A stretch of 64,000 bases of DNA from Fidelibacterota bacterium SCGC AAA003-L08 (GTDB taxonomy: Bacteria > Fidelibacterota > Marinisomatia > SCGC-AAA003-L08 > D37C17), in NCBI GenBank assembly GCA_000405805.1, contig ASPJ01000001.1:36591-100590 (forward strand). Direction: 5' to 3'. The notes beneath the pieces are model-generated. The model was not told the DNA's origin and did not search any database. It saw nothing but the letters and a program-made list of their open reading frames with translations. The translations under genes and the position numbers were made by a program. Shown here piece by piece: positions 1 through 9,266 of the stretch. How positions within the stretch are numbered: position 1 is the first letter of the stretch; each line of letters begins with the position of its first letter.

Positions 1-577
1 TTTTTATATCTTCAATTCTATTTTCAGTATCTAGGGGGTGCATTTCAAGGGATGCTAATCGTAACATAAAACGAGGCCCAACAAATTTATTTTTTTTCTC
101 ATGATCACGTAAAACATGACAAACATTTTGACATAAATAACACTCTATACATTTTCTAAATTCTTGCACTCTATCTACATCTCGTTGCATAAATCGATGA
201 TTTCCATCAGCATCTCGCTCGCGAGGTTTAAATGGAGCAATTTTTTTGTTTTGCTCATAATTCCAAGATACATCAGTAACTAAATCTTTAATAATAGGGA
301 ATGTTTTAATTGGACGGATTGTAATGGTTTCATCTTCCCCATACTCATTTAGTCGAGTCATACAGCCAAGTTTAGGCTTCCCATTAATTTCCACACTACA
401 TGAACCACATTTGCCTGCTTTACAGTTCCAACGAGCAGCTAAATTACTATCATGAAGTTTTTGTATTTCGTGTACAACATCTAAAACAACCATTCCTTTA
501 TCAACTTCAATAGAATAATCATGCAATTTTCCTCCTTCAGGAGTTCCTTTCCATACACTAAATTTACGTTCACTCAT
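1..577 (-). CDS. sdhB: succinate dehydrogenase/fumarate reductase iron-sulfur subunit (first ~192 codons; gene continues beyond window start)
   Basis: Not in the ORF track because there is no stop in the window. My minus-strand translation from the ATG at 577 reads MSERKFSVWKGTPEGGKLHDYSIEVDKGMVVLDVVHEIQ...WNCKAGKCGSCSVEINGKPKLGCMT...FRKCIECYLCQNVCHV. It has a 2Fe-2S motif (C-x4-C-x2-C-x11-C) and a ferredoxin-type C-x2-C-x2-C-x3-C motif. The start overlaps the sdhA stop (ATGA). Confidence 0.85.
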   Translation of the reverse strand, partial: MSERKFSVWKGTPEGGKLHDYSIEVDKGMVVLDVVHEIQKLHDSNLAARWNCKAGKCGSCSVEINGKPKLGCMTRLNEYGEDETITIRPIKTFPIIKDLVTDVSWNYEQNKKIAPFKPRERDADGNHRFMQRDVDRVQEFRKCIECYLCQNVCHVLRDHEKKNKFVGPRFMLRLASLEMHPLDTENRIEDIK

Positions 578-2399
578 TATTTTCCTCTAATTCTTCTAGT
601 GAGGAAAATGCTATTTTTGATAGATGTTCTGGTGGAGTAGAACGCATCTCTTTTCTTGTTTCCATTTTACCATCAGTCCCTTTTTTAATGATTACATTAT
701 ATTCTAACCCGTTCTTTGTTTCATCAGGGTAATCTAAGCGAGTATGGCCACCTCTACTTTCTTCTCGTATAAGAGCTGATTTTGCAACAGCTTCTGATGC
801 AATAATAATATTTGATAAATCAATAGCAGCATTCCATCCTGGATTATATTGAGATGCTGGATGAGCCTTAACTTCTTGAATATCTACTTTTAAAGTTTCA
901 ATTTTTTCGATACCTTCAATTAATTCTTTTTCTTCTCTAACAATACCAACATGATTATTCATTATTTTCTGGAGATTTTCATGAATTAAAAATGGATTCT
1001 TTCCTTCCTCTTTATTTAAAATATCAGTAGCATTACGAATAATATTTTCAATTTCTTGTTCACTAGTTGACTCTAATCGGTTTTTTTGACAATATTTTGA
1101 AGCATAATCACCAGAAAGCTTTCCAAAGACTAATAAATCAGATAATGAATTTCCACCTAATCGATTTGCTCCATGTAATCCCGCAGCACATTCCCCACAG
1201 GCATATAAGCCAGGGACATTCGTACTTTGAGTTTCGTGGTCAACTTTAATTCCTCCCATGAAATAATGTAAGGTTGGCCCCACTTCCATTGGGTCTGCCG
1301 TAATATCTACTTCAGCAAGCTCCTTAAATTGATGATACATTGAAGGCAACTTTTTCTTTATATGTTCTGCAGATTGTCTAGAGGCTATATCTAAATATGC
1401 GCCACCATTTTTTGATCCACGTCCTTCTTTTACTTCATTCATAATTGCTTTAGCAACAACATCTCGTGTTAATAGCTCAGGAGGCCTTCTTGCTTCTTTA
1501 TCTCCATCTAACCAGCGGTCTGCTTCTTCAATTGTATCAGCTGTTTCAGAGGCAAATTTTTCAGGAATATAATTAAACATAAAACGTTCATTTTTATTAT
1601 TAAGTAAAATTCCTCCTTCTCCACGCACACCTTCTGTTACCAAAATCCCCTTTACAGATGGGGGCCAAATCATTCCAGTAGGATGAAATTGTGTGAATTC
1701 TAGATCCATTAGTTCTGCTCCAGCTCGATAAGCCATTGCCAAACCATCCCCAGTATATTCCCAAGAATTTGATGTTACAGACCAAGCCCTTCCAGCACCT
1801 CCTGTGGCAAAAATAATTGCTTTAGCTTTAAAAATAACAAACCTTCCAGTCTCTCTCCAATAAGCAACAAGCCCACTAACTTTTCCATTGTTTTTTAGAA
1901 CATCTAAGGCAATACATTCCATGTGTATTGCAATACCTTGATGAATACAAAAATCTTGTAAGGTACGAATCATTTCTAGACCTGTTCTATCTCCAACATG
2001 GGCTAGTCTGGGATAGCGGTGTCCTCCGAAATTTCGTTGATTAATCAATCCATCCTCTGTTCGATCAAAAACTGCACCCATATCTTCTAATTCTCTTACT
2101 CTATCAGGGGCCTCTTTTGCATGGAGCTCAGCCATACGCCATTGATTTAAGAACTTTCCACCTCTCATTGTGTCCCTAAAATGTATTTTCCAATTATCAC
2201 GAGAGTCCACATTCCCTAAGGCTGCAGCCATTCCCCCTTCAGCCATAACAGTATGTGCTTTTCCTAATAATGATTTTGAAATCATTCCAGTATTCATACC
2301 TTGTTTTGCACATTCTATAGCAGCTCTTATCCCGGCACCACCTGCTCCAACAACAAGAACATCATGTTCAATGGTTTGTATTTCTTTAACATCTAACAT
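570..2399 (-). CDS. sdhA: succinate dehydrogenase/fumarate reductase flavoprotein subunit
   Basis: 609-aa ORF. It has an N-terminal FAD fold (VLVVGAGGAGIRAA), the covalent-FAD His region (KAHTVMAEGGMAA), RGEGG, and C-terminal ESRGGHTRLDYP. It is flanked by anchor and Fe-S subunit genes with overlapping start/stop codons. Confidence 0.95.
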   Translation of the reverse strand: MLDVKEIQTIEHDVLVVGAGGAGIRAAIECAKQGMNTGMISKSLLGKAHTVMAEGGMAAALGNVDSRDNWKIHFRDTMRGGKFLNQWRMAELHAKEAPDRVRELEDMGAVFDRTEDGLINQRNFGGHRYPRLAHVGDRTGLEMIRTLQDFCIHQGIAIHMECIALDVLKNNGKVSGLVAYWRETGRFVIFKAKAIIFATGGAGRAWSVTSNSWEYTGDGLAMAYRAGAELMDLEFTQFHPTGMIWPPSVKGILVTEGVRGEGGILLNNKNERFMFNYIPEKFASETADTIEEADRWLDGDKEARRPPELLTRDVVAKAIMNEVKEGRGSKNGGAYLDIASRQSAEHIKKKLPSMYHQFKELAEVDITADPMEVGPTLHYFMGGIKVDHETQSTNVPGLYACGECAAGLHGANRLGGNSLSDLLVFGKLSGDYASKYCQKNRLESTSEQEIENIIRNATDILNKEEGKNPFLIHENLQKIMNNHVGIVREEKELIEGIEKIETLKVDIQEVKAHPASQYNPGWNAAIDLSNIIIASEAVAKSALIREESRGGHTRLDYPDETKNGLEYNVIIKKGTDGKMETRKEMRSTPPEHLSKIAFSSLEELEENNE

Positions 2400-3181
2400 T
2401 AATTATTCCAAGTATTTAAATCGGTAATAACACCTTTTGAAACTAGCATAACATATAAATCAGTCAATGCAACCCAAATCATGCTAGCCCATGCCCAGAG
2501 CATATGTTTTGAATTTAATAATGAAACTTTTTTCCATGCTTTATATTTAATTTTTTCATTACCTGCCGGACATGTAAAACAATCCTCTTTTCCACCAATT
2601 AAATGCCTAAAAGCATGGCAACCAAATGCATAAAAAGCAAGTAGTGTAGGATTAATCAACAAAATAATAGTTCCAATACCAATACCAAATGTTCCATCCC
2701 TAAAAAGTCCATGGTAGCCATCATAATACAATATAAGTATATATAAAAGCGCTATATAAAGTGTATAACGATGTAAGTTTTGAATTATTAGGAATCCTGT
2801 TTCCCCTTTATAATTTTTTTGTTTAATCCCTTCAACAGCACACGCAGGAGGAGATAGAAAAAATGATCGATAATAAAATTTGCGATAATAATAACACGTC
2901 ATTCTAAAAGATAATGGGAAAATTAGAATAAAGATTGCAGGCGATTTAGGAATCCAATTTGGAACCCATGTAGGCCAAGATCCAAACCAGGAATGGTCTA
3001 ATCCATGGCCAGCAGGATTTTCAAAAAGAAGGGGCGAATAAAAAGGTGAAAGATAATTGTCAGCAACAAAATTTTCTCCTGAAAACGCACGCCATGTTGT
3101 ATAAATAACAAAACATAAAAACCCAAAGGCAGTTAGAGTTGGCTCTATCCACCATTTATCAGTTCTTTGTGTTGCTAACAT
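2399..3181 (-). CDS. single-subunit membrane anchor of succinate dehydrogenase (non-canonical; resembles the actinobacterial Sdh1-type SdhC)
   Basis: 260-aa polytopic membrane ORF directly upstream of sdhA, overlapping it by 1 nt. It starts KWWIEPTLTAF and carries a Cys/His cluster, GCHAFRH-x7-CFTCPAG, near the last helices. The gene order anchor-flavoprotein-FeS matches Sdh1-type operons as I recall them. Confidence 0.6.
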   Translation of the reverse strand: MLATQRTDKWWIEPTLTAFGFLCFVIYTTWRAFSGENFVADNYLSPFYSPLLFENPAGHGLDHSWFGSWPTWVPNWIPKSPAIFILIFPLSFRMTCYYYRKFYYRSFFLSPPACAVEGIKQKNYKGETGFLIIQNLHRYTLYIALLYILILYYDGYHGLFRDGTFGIGIGTIILLINPTLLAFYAFGCHAFRHLIGGKEDCFTCPAGNEKIKYKAWKKVSLLNSKHMLWAWASMIWVALTDLYVMLVSKGVITDLNTWNN

Positions 3182-3191
3182 TTTTTATTAT

Positions 3192-3608
3192 CTAAAATGG
3201 TAAATCATCCTGAGAGAATGGTTGTTCTTCTGCAGGCTCTACATCATTAGAAGATGTAGTTGGAGGAGATGCCTCTACATCATTAGAAGATGTAGTTGGA
3301 GGAGATGTCGTAGAGGTAGCACTTTCATTTGGACTATCTGCAACGGGTTCTGCAGGATTATCTTTATTATATTCATCCACAGCCATGGTATTTAATTTTT
3401 CTCTTAAACTTTCACGGACATTTTCTGTTAACCAAATAGTATCATGATACTCATCATCATTTCCTTTTTGGCTAGGGAAACCTACAAAAAATCCATTAAT
3501 TCCATTTACTAATTTAAACCCTTTAATAATGAATCCTTCATCTGTAGCCACATCAAAAAAAGCAGTTAATTTCCCCCAACTTCCTTTTCTCATATTCATG
3601 ATTTTCAT
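3192..3608 (-). CDS. SpoVG-like nucleic-acid-binding protein with P/T/S-rich tandem-repeat linker and SSB-like acidic C-terminal tip
   Basis: The core GKLTAFFDVATDEGFIIKGFKLVNGINGFFVGFPSQKGNDDEYHDTIWLTENVRESLREKL follows the SpoVG pattern (xAFASVTxDxxFVVxxLKVIxGxNGLFVAMPSxK...DIAHPI). The C-terminus reads ...SPPTTSSNDVEASPPTTSSNDVEPAEEQPFSQDDLPF. The ORF track extends to a TTG at 3632, but the ATG at 3608 sits 5 nt after a perfect GGAGG. There is a 10-nt gap to the sdhC-like gene. Confidence 0.65.
   Translation of the reverse strand: MKIMNMRKGSWGKLTAFFDVATDEGFIIKGFKLVNGINGFFVGFPSQKGNDDEYHDTIWLTENVRESLREKLNTMAVDEYNKDNPAEPVADSPNESATSTTSPPTTSSNDVEASPPTTSSNDVEPAEEQPFSQDDLPF
3237..3308 (-). repeat. 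in-frame tandem duplication, 2 x 36 nt (35/36 identical), encoding (A/T)SPPTTSSNDVE twice
   Basis: Plus-strand unit ctctacatcattagaagatgtagttggaggagatgc at 3237-3272 is repeated at 3273-3308 with one mismatch. It lies inside the SpoVG-like ORF linker. Confidence 0.9.
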
Positions 3609-3755
3609 AATTGCCTCCAAATTTGTTTTCAAATCTAATCATATTTAGCTTACTTAGGCAATTTACAAATTATAAAATATCAAAAATTATTACAAATTCA
3701 ACAATCAATTTTGTAAGTTATTACTTTCCAATTACAAATTAATTTAGGTATCATA

Positions 3756-6460
3756 ATGAAGCAGGCATATTTCTTTGGCAAAGGACAAGCTGACGGAAAA
3801 TCTTCTGACAGTAAACTGTTAGGTGGTAAAGGTGCTAATTTAGCAGAAATGACGAAGATAGGACTACCTGTTCCCCCTGGATTTACTATTACCACAGAAT
3901 GCTGTATTGAATATTTGAAAAAAAATCAATTTTCTGATATATTAGAAGATGATGTTCATAATATGATACGTAAAATAGAATCAATTATGGGGAACCAATT
4001 TGGAAATATTAAAACCCCACTACTACTTTCAGTGCGATCAGGGGCGAGACAATCAATGCCAGGCATGATGGAGACTGTTTTAAATGTTGGGTTAACTGAA
4101 AAAACAATTCCCGGATTAATTAAAATATTTAAAGATAAAAGATTTGTTTATGATGCATATCGTAGATTAATCATGATGTATTCTGATGTTGTTATGGAGA
4201 AGGCAGAAGGAATAGTCATCCCTAATGGGCAGTTATCTATTCGTGAAGAACTTGAAGTTATTATGGAAGATATTAAAACTAAAAACAATATAACTTATGA
4301 TTCTGAGCTTTCGGCTAATCAACTTAAAGAAATGTCTTTACTTTTTAAAAAGAAAATCAAATTAAAATTAGGAAAAAGATTCCCGGATAATCCTAAAAAA
4401 CAATTATGGGGAGCCATTGAAGCAGTATTTAAATCTTGGAATGGAAAAAGAGCTATTCATTATAGGAAAATTGAAAAAATTCCAAATCATTGGGGCACCG
4501 CTGTTAATGTCCAGGCAATGGTATTTGGAAACTTAGGCAATCAATCAGGTACTGGAGTTGCTTTTACGCGTAATCCTTCAACTGGATCGAATCAATTCTA
4601 TGGCGAATGGTTAATTAATGCACAGGGAGAGGATGTAGTTTCGGGTATCAGAACCCCAAATCCAATTAATCATTATAGTCGCAATAAAGAATCGAAAGGT
4701 CTGCCTAATTTAGAGATTAGTTTTCCAAATATATATTCTCAATTAATTAAGATAAAAGATATATTAGAAGATCATTTTAAAGATATGCAAGATATTGAGT
4801 TTACATTTCAGAATAATATTCTATGGATGCTACAAACACGAAGAGGCAAGCGTAATGGGCGGGCTGCATTAAATATTGCTATGGATATGTTGAAAAAGAA
4901 ATTAATATCAGAAGCAGAGGCAATTAATAGAGTAAGCACAAATAATTTAGAAGAAATCATGCATCCAATGATTAACCCTGAAAAAGAAAAAAATCATAAA
5001 ATATTAGCCTCTGGATTACCGGCGGGGCCAGGTGGAGCTTGTGGCCAAATTGTCTTAGATGCAGACGCTGCTGAAATTTTAAACAAAAAAGGTCATTCAG
5101 TGATATTGATTCGTAATGAAACATCCCCTGAAGATATACATGGCATGCATGCATCCCAAGGAATATTAACTGCCAAGGGTGGGATGACATCTCATGCAGC
5201 ACTTGTTGCACGTGGATGGGGAAAATGTTGTATTGTTGGCTGTTCAAGTATGATTATTGATTTAAATAATAAATTAGTTACTATTGGTGGAGAAGAATTG
5301 AAAGAAGGTGATTGGATTTCTTTAAATGGATCAACGGGTAATATTTATAAAGATCAAATGGATTTAATTAATCCTGATTTAGCAAATGATAAAATTTTTA
5401 AACAGTTTTTGAATTTGTGCGATAAACATAGGACAATTAAAATTAGAACCAATGTAGATACTCCATTAGATGCTAAACAGGCATTAAAGTTTAAATGTGA
5501 AGGAGTAGGCCTTTGCAGAACAGAACATATGTTCTTTGAACCAGACAGAATTACTGCTATGAGAGAAATGATTTTAGCTGAGAACTCTAAAGATAGGAAG
5601 AAAGCTGTTATGGAGTTATTACCCTATCAAAAACAGGATTTTTATGATTTATTAAAAGTAATGTCAGGTCTACCCGTAACAATACGTTTATTGGACCCTC
5701 CTTTACATGAGTTTTTACCTCAAACTGAAGAACAAATATTACATTTAGCTGATGAGATGGGAATTACATCAAAAACTATTTATGATCGCATTGACTCATT
5801 GCATGAACTTAATCCAATGTTAGGCCATCGAGGGTGCAGATTGGGGATAGTGTATCCAGAAATAACTATTATGCAAGCTCAAGCAATTTTTGAAGCATGT
5901 GCAGAATTAATGAACGATGGTTTTTATCCAATTCCAGAGATAATGGTTCCCCTTGTAGGATCAGTAAATGAATTTTCAGACCAAAAATCTCTTATAGTAA
6001 GAAAAGCAAAACAAGTAGAAAAAAAATGGGTATTAAAATTAATTATTTAATTGGGACAATGATAGAATTACCAAGAGCATGTTTAGTTGCTGATCAAATT
6101 GCAGAATCCGCAGATTTCTTCTCATTTGGGACGAATGATTTGACACAGACAACCTTTGGATTTTCAAGAGATGATATAGGTAGTTTCTTGCCAGATTATT
6201 TAGAGCAAAATATTTTAGCAGAAGATCCATTTCAAACTATTGATATACAAGGGGTAGGCTCTTTATTGCAGATAGCAATTCATAAAGGTCGATTAGTTAA
6301 TCCAGAAATTAAAATTGGAATATGTGGAGAGCATGGTGGAGATTCTCAATCGGTAGTATTCTTTGACCAAATTAATTTAGATTATGTAAGTTGTTCTCCT
6401 TATAGAATCCCTATTTCAAAACTTGCTGCGGCACAATCAGCATTGTTAGCCAACCATTAA
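3756..6460 (+). CDS. ppdK: pyruvate, phosphate dikinase, split into two ORFs (3756-6050 and 6026-6460) by a single-base frameshift in an A8 run
   Basis: The N-terminus [43 protein letters not shown] matches PPDK. The phospho-His region is [21 protein letters not shown]. The C-terminal PEP-utilizer region (GTMIELPRA...[20 protein letters not shown]) is in the second frame. Adding one A to the run at 6019-6026 gives the continuous reading ...[25 protein letters not shown]. Confidence 0.9.
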
Positions 6461-6541
6461 ATGTAACAATTCTTAACGATTTGATATTTTTTGTTGAAAA
6501 AAGAAAAATATTGTATAACTTTGCAGTAACGTAATAAGAGG

Positions 6542-8251
6542 ATGATTATGAAAAGGGTATTATTATTTTTAATGGTTTTATGTTCTAGTTTATTTTCTTC
6601 TACAGATTTTACTGAGGAAGAAAAAAGAGAATTAGGGAATCAAGCAATGCATCAGATGATGCAAAAAATTTGGACTGAAGCAATGGAAGCAAAATCAGCA
6701 TATAATAATGGCGTTTTTAATACACGTGAAGAATATCTTGAGAATGTATGTTCAACAGCTCCAGTAGCTCCTCCAGGTGTTTTTCACATTCATGCAGATG
6801 TTTCAAGTGAATTAGCAGCTGGAGATCCATCAGCATCAGTTTATATATCATGGGATGGCCAAGATAGTTGGTCTAATTATGTTGCCAGTCCTTTGGATCC
6901 TGAACTTGTGGGCCCTGGATATGAAAATACATGGGGACTAGAAACACCTAGCATAGGGACTTCTGCTGATTGGTATTTAGCAGGGACAGTTAATTCCGAA
7001 GCCCTTGGGTATGATTATGGCACTATTTTATTGAGTGGTTCCCCGCATAATGCAGATCAAATAGGTGTTCCATTGCCCCCAAATTTGTATGGATTATTAG
7101 CTGAAGATGAAAGTGGAGATGCATCGTCTGCTCAAGATATATTAAATATTAAAGGAAGTTACTATGATGATGGAGGTACTTTGGAAGATGGGTCTGGGGA
7201 TGGTGCTGAAAGATTTTATATGTCTATGGAAATTAATGGTGGTTGTTGTGATGAAGGAGGACTTTTTGGTCCTTGGTATCTTTATGGTGTAGGTATTGTA
7301 AACCCAGATTCAGAAACTCCAGTTGCATATGCTATTGGTTATGGAGATGGTGGTTTTGGTCAATTATTACCTGGGTTATTAAAAATTACAGGGGATCTTT
7401 CAACAGGAGAAATTGATGGATTTGATTATATAACAACAGATATTAACTATAATACTAACGGTGATTTTATGCAAGCTACGACATTAATGTCGTATATTAC
7501 AAATGATGCAGATTGGGGCGACTGGCCAAATTCTGTATATGGTTTTATTGCTTTAGGAGTTACTGTAGAAGCATCTTTAGATGGGTTAGATGTAGCTGCA
7601 GATATTAAAGATGAGACTTCACCGGGGTTATTTATTATGAATTCTATACATCAAGTTGGGAATAATGTTTTTGAGTTGGATGATTTATCATTTGATTCTG
7701 ATAATATGATATTATCTACAACATATAGTGATGAAGATGGTAATCTACCATGGTTTAAATCAATACAAATATGTGAAAATGTAGGAGGATTTTGTTATTT
7801 CCAGGAAGTTCCTATTCCAGATAGCCATACATATGAAGATGGCGTTATTTTTTCTGCTGATGTTACTAAATATATAACAGGATATTGTGCTTCTAATATT
7901 TTTGGAGAAGATGATTTGGATTTTGATAATGAAGAATCATGTACAGCTGCTGATGGAACGTGGTATGCTCCTATCCCAGATGGAGAATATGTAGCAAAGT
8001 TCGCATTTGCTGATGGAGAATATAATCCTAATGATGTTGAATATTTAGATATTACTATAGGTGAAGGTGGAACGGGATGTGCCTTGGTAGGAGACGTTAA
8101 TGAAGATGACACATTAAATATATTAGATGTAGTATTACTAGTGAACCTTATATTAAGCGGAAGTGATGCTGAGTGTGGTGATGCGAATGGAGATGATACA
8201 ACTAATATATTAGATGTAGTATTATTGGTAAATATTATCCTTGCTGGATAA
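6542..8251 (+). CDS. secreted acidic protein of unknown function with C-terminal dockerin-like module
   Basis: 569 aa with signal peptide MIMKRVLLFLMVLCSSLFSS. The body is D/G/E-rich with no motif I recognise. The C-terminus is GDVNEDDTLNILDVVLLVNLILSG...GDANGDDTTNILDVVLLVNIILAG. Confidence 0.6.
   Translation: MIMKRVLLFLMVLCSSLFSSTDFTEEEKRELGNQAMHQMMQKIWTEAMEAKSAYNNGVFNTREEYLENVCSTAPVAPPGVFHIHADVSSELAAGDPSASVYISWDGQDSWSNYVASPLDPELVGPGYENTWGLETPSIGTSADWYLAGTVNSEALGYDYGTILLSGSPHNADQIGVPLPPNLYGLLAEDESGDASSAQDILNIKGSYYDDGGTLEDGSGDGAERFYMSMEINGGCCDEGGLFGPWYLYGVGIVNPDSETPVAYAIGYGDGGFGQLLPGLLKITGDLSTGEIDGFDYITTDINYNTNGDFMQATTLMSYITNDADWGDWPNSVYGFIALGVTVEASLDGLDVAADIKDETSPGLFIMNSIHQVGNNVFELDDLSFDSDNMILSTTYSDEDGNLPWFKSIQICENVGGFCYFQEVPIPDSHTYEDGVIFSADVTKYITGYCASNIFGEDDLDFDNEESCTAADGTWYAPIPDGEYVAKFAFADGEYNPNDVEYLDITIGEGGTGCALVGDVNEDDTLNILDVVLLVNLILSGSDAECGDANGDDTTNILDVVLLVNIILAG
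8090..8248 (+). repeat. dockerin-like duplicated Ca-loop/helix module (copy 1 of 7 in window)
   Basis: The two segments are GDVNEDDTLNILDVVLLVNLIL and GDANGDDTTNILDVVLLVNIIL. The two halves are also similar at the DNA level (aatatattagatgtagtattaYtRgtRaaY). Confidence 0.75.
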
Positions 8252-8277
8252 GCATTGCATAATATCTTAATATAATT

Positions 8278-8312
8278 AAAAAGCCTCTTTATTAATTAAA
8301 GAGGCTTTTTTT
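8278..8312. terminator. bidirectional rho-independent terminator between convergent genes
   Basis: Stem aaagcctcttt (8280-8290) pairs with aaagaggcttt (8298-8308) around a 7-nt loop. An A-run lies on the left and a T-run (8306-8312) on the right. Confidence 0.8.
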
Positions 8313-8336
8313 ATATATGTATTGTTTTACAATTAA

Positions 8337-9266
8337 TTATTCTATGAATTCACCTTCACCCAGGATATCTTCTAAATTCCATTCACCAGAACTAATTTTA
8401 TCTTTAGCAATATTCAGAATTTGAGATTGAGCTCCTTCTACTTCTCTTTTTGCAACAGGTGTTTCAATAGGTGAAAACATAGCTTGTTTCTTTTGGGGAA
8501 GAAATTCTACAACCCTATTGACCGTTTCATTTTCATAGCCTTTTAATGCTTTTGCCATTAAATCGACATCTAAATCTGGATTAGACCAAAATTCTGAAGC
8601 AACTCCTTCTGGTAATGAATTAATCAAATCATCAAATGAAATATAATGTTTTTTAATTTCAGCATATAAAGCAGGATCATCTGATTGTACTTGTCCAAGG
8701 TATTGTTTAGCTTCACTTTCCGGGAGATTACTTAATATTGTAGCAATACTTTTTCCTCCTCCACGTGAAAATTCTTTAGGTCCAGGTATAAAAGCAGCTT
8801 TATTTTCTAGTTCTCGTGCCATATCTACAACTGCTTCCAAGGGGATATCATTTAAATTCCCTATTTGGATAATAACTTTATTTTTTAATCCAATATCTAG
8901 TTTATCAAGAAATTTCATTTGTCTTTCAGGAGTTATTTGTTCAATTGCTAAAGCAATAATCTTTACTTCCTCTTTAGATAATAGATAAAAAATCTGCTCA
9001 TCATTTAAGTCTCGGATAAATTTAAATACATCATCTGGCTCAGGTTTATTTCTATATTGATTAGACATCATTTTAAAGTAATATTCTTCCATAATCAATT
9101 TTTTTGTAGCTGTAGGAGTATGTTGTAGTTCTATAGATCGTACTCTTAATTTCAACATATCAGATTCACTTATTGAATTAAATAGTGGCATTGCTAATTG
9201 TTCGCCTAATATTTGCAATAATATTGCTGCTTTATCAAAACCAGAGTAATTTTCTAAATTAGTCAT
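8337..9266 (-). CDS. fliG: flagellar motor switch protein FliG homologue
   Basis: 309 aa. The match runs across N, M and C domains: GFDKAAILLQILGEQLAMPLF (N), the GGGKSIATILSNL linker/ARM region, DPALYAEIKKHYISFDDL (compare MFVFEDL), DLMAKALKG..ETVNRVVEFLPQKKQAMF, and REVEGAQSQILNIAKDKISSGEW (compare VEEAQQxIVxxxRxLxxxGEI). A TAATG stop/start overlap links it to the upstream FliF-like gene. Confidence 0.85.
   Translation of the reverse strand: MTNLENYSGFDKAAILLQILGEQLAMPLFNSISESDMLKLRVRSIELQHTPTATKKLIMEEYYFKMMSNQYRNKPEPDDVFKFIRDLNDEQIFYLLSKEEVKIIALAIEQITPERQMKFLDKLDIGLKNKVIIQIGNLNDIPLEAVVDMARELENKAAFIPGPKEFSRGGGKSIATILSNLPESEAKQYLGQVQSDDPALYAEIKKHYISFDDLINSLPEGVASEFWSNPDLDVDLMAKALKGYENETVNRVVEFLPQKKQAMFSPIETPVAKREVEGAQSQILNIAKDKISSGEWNLEDILGEGEFIE

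Noticed and set aside
3237-3308. 36-nt direct repeat as a non-coding repeat or mini CRISPR-like element
   Set aside because: There are only two units with no spacers. It lies in frame inside the SpoVG-like ORF, where it encodes a duplicated linker peptide.
6026-6460. 144-aa ORF and the 95-aa ORF at 37360-37647 as independent small genes
   Set aside because: They are the conserved C-terminal parts of ppdK and pip respectively, displaced by single-base frameshifts in poly-A runs.
8090-8248. C-terminal modules as type IX secretion (Por) C-terminal sorting domains
   Set aside because: T9SS CTDs are ~70-100 aa beta-sandwiches. These modules are two short D-x-N-x-D loops each followed by a hydrophobic helix, which is the dockerin/EF-hand-like pattern. 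A sorting role still cannot be excluded without structure or HMM checks.
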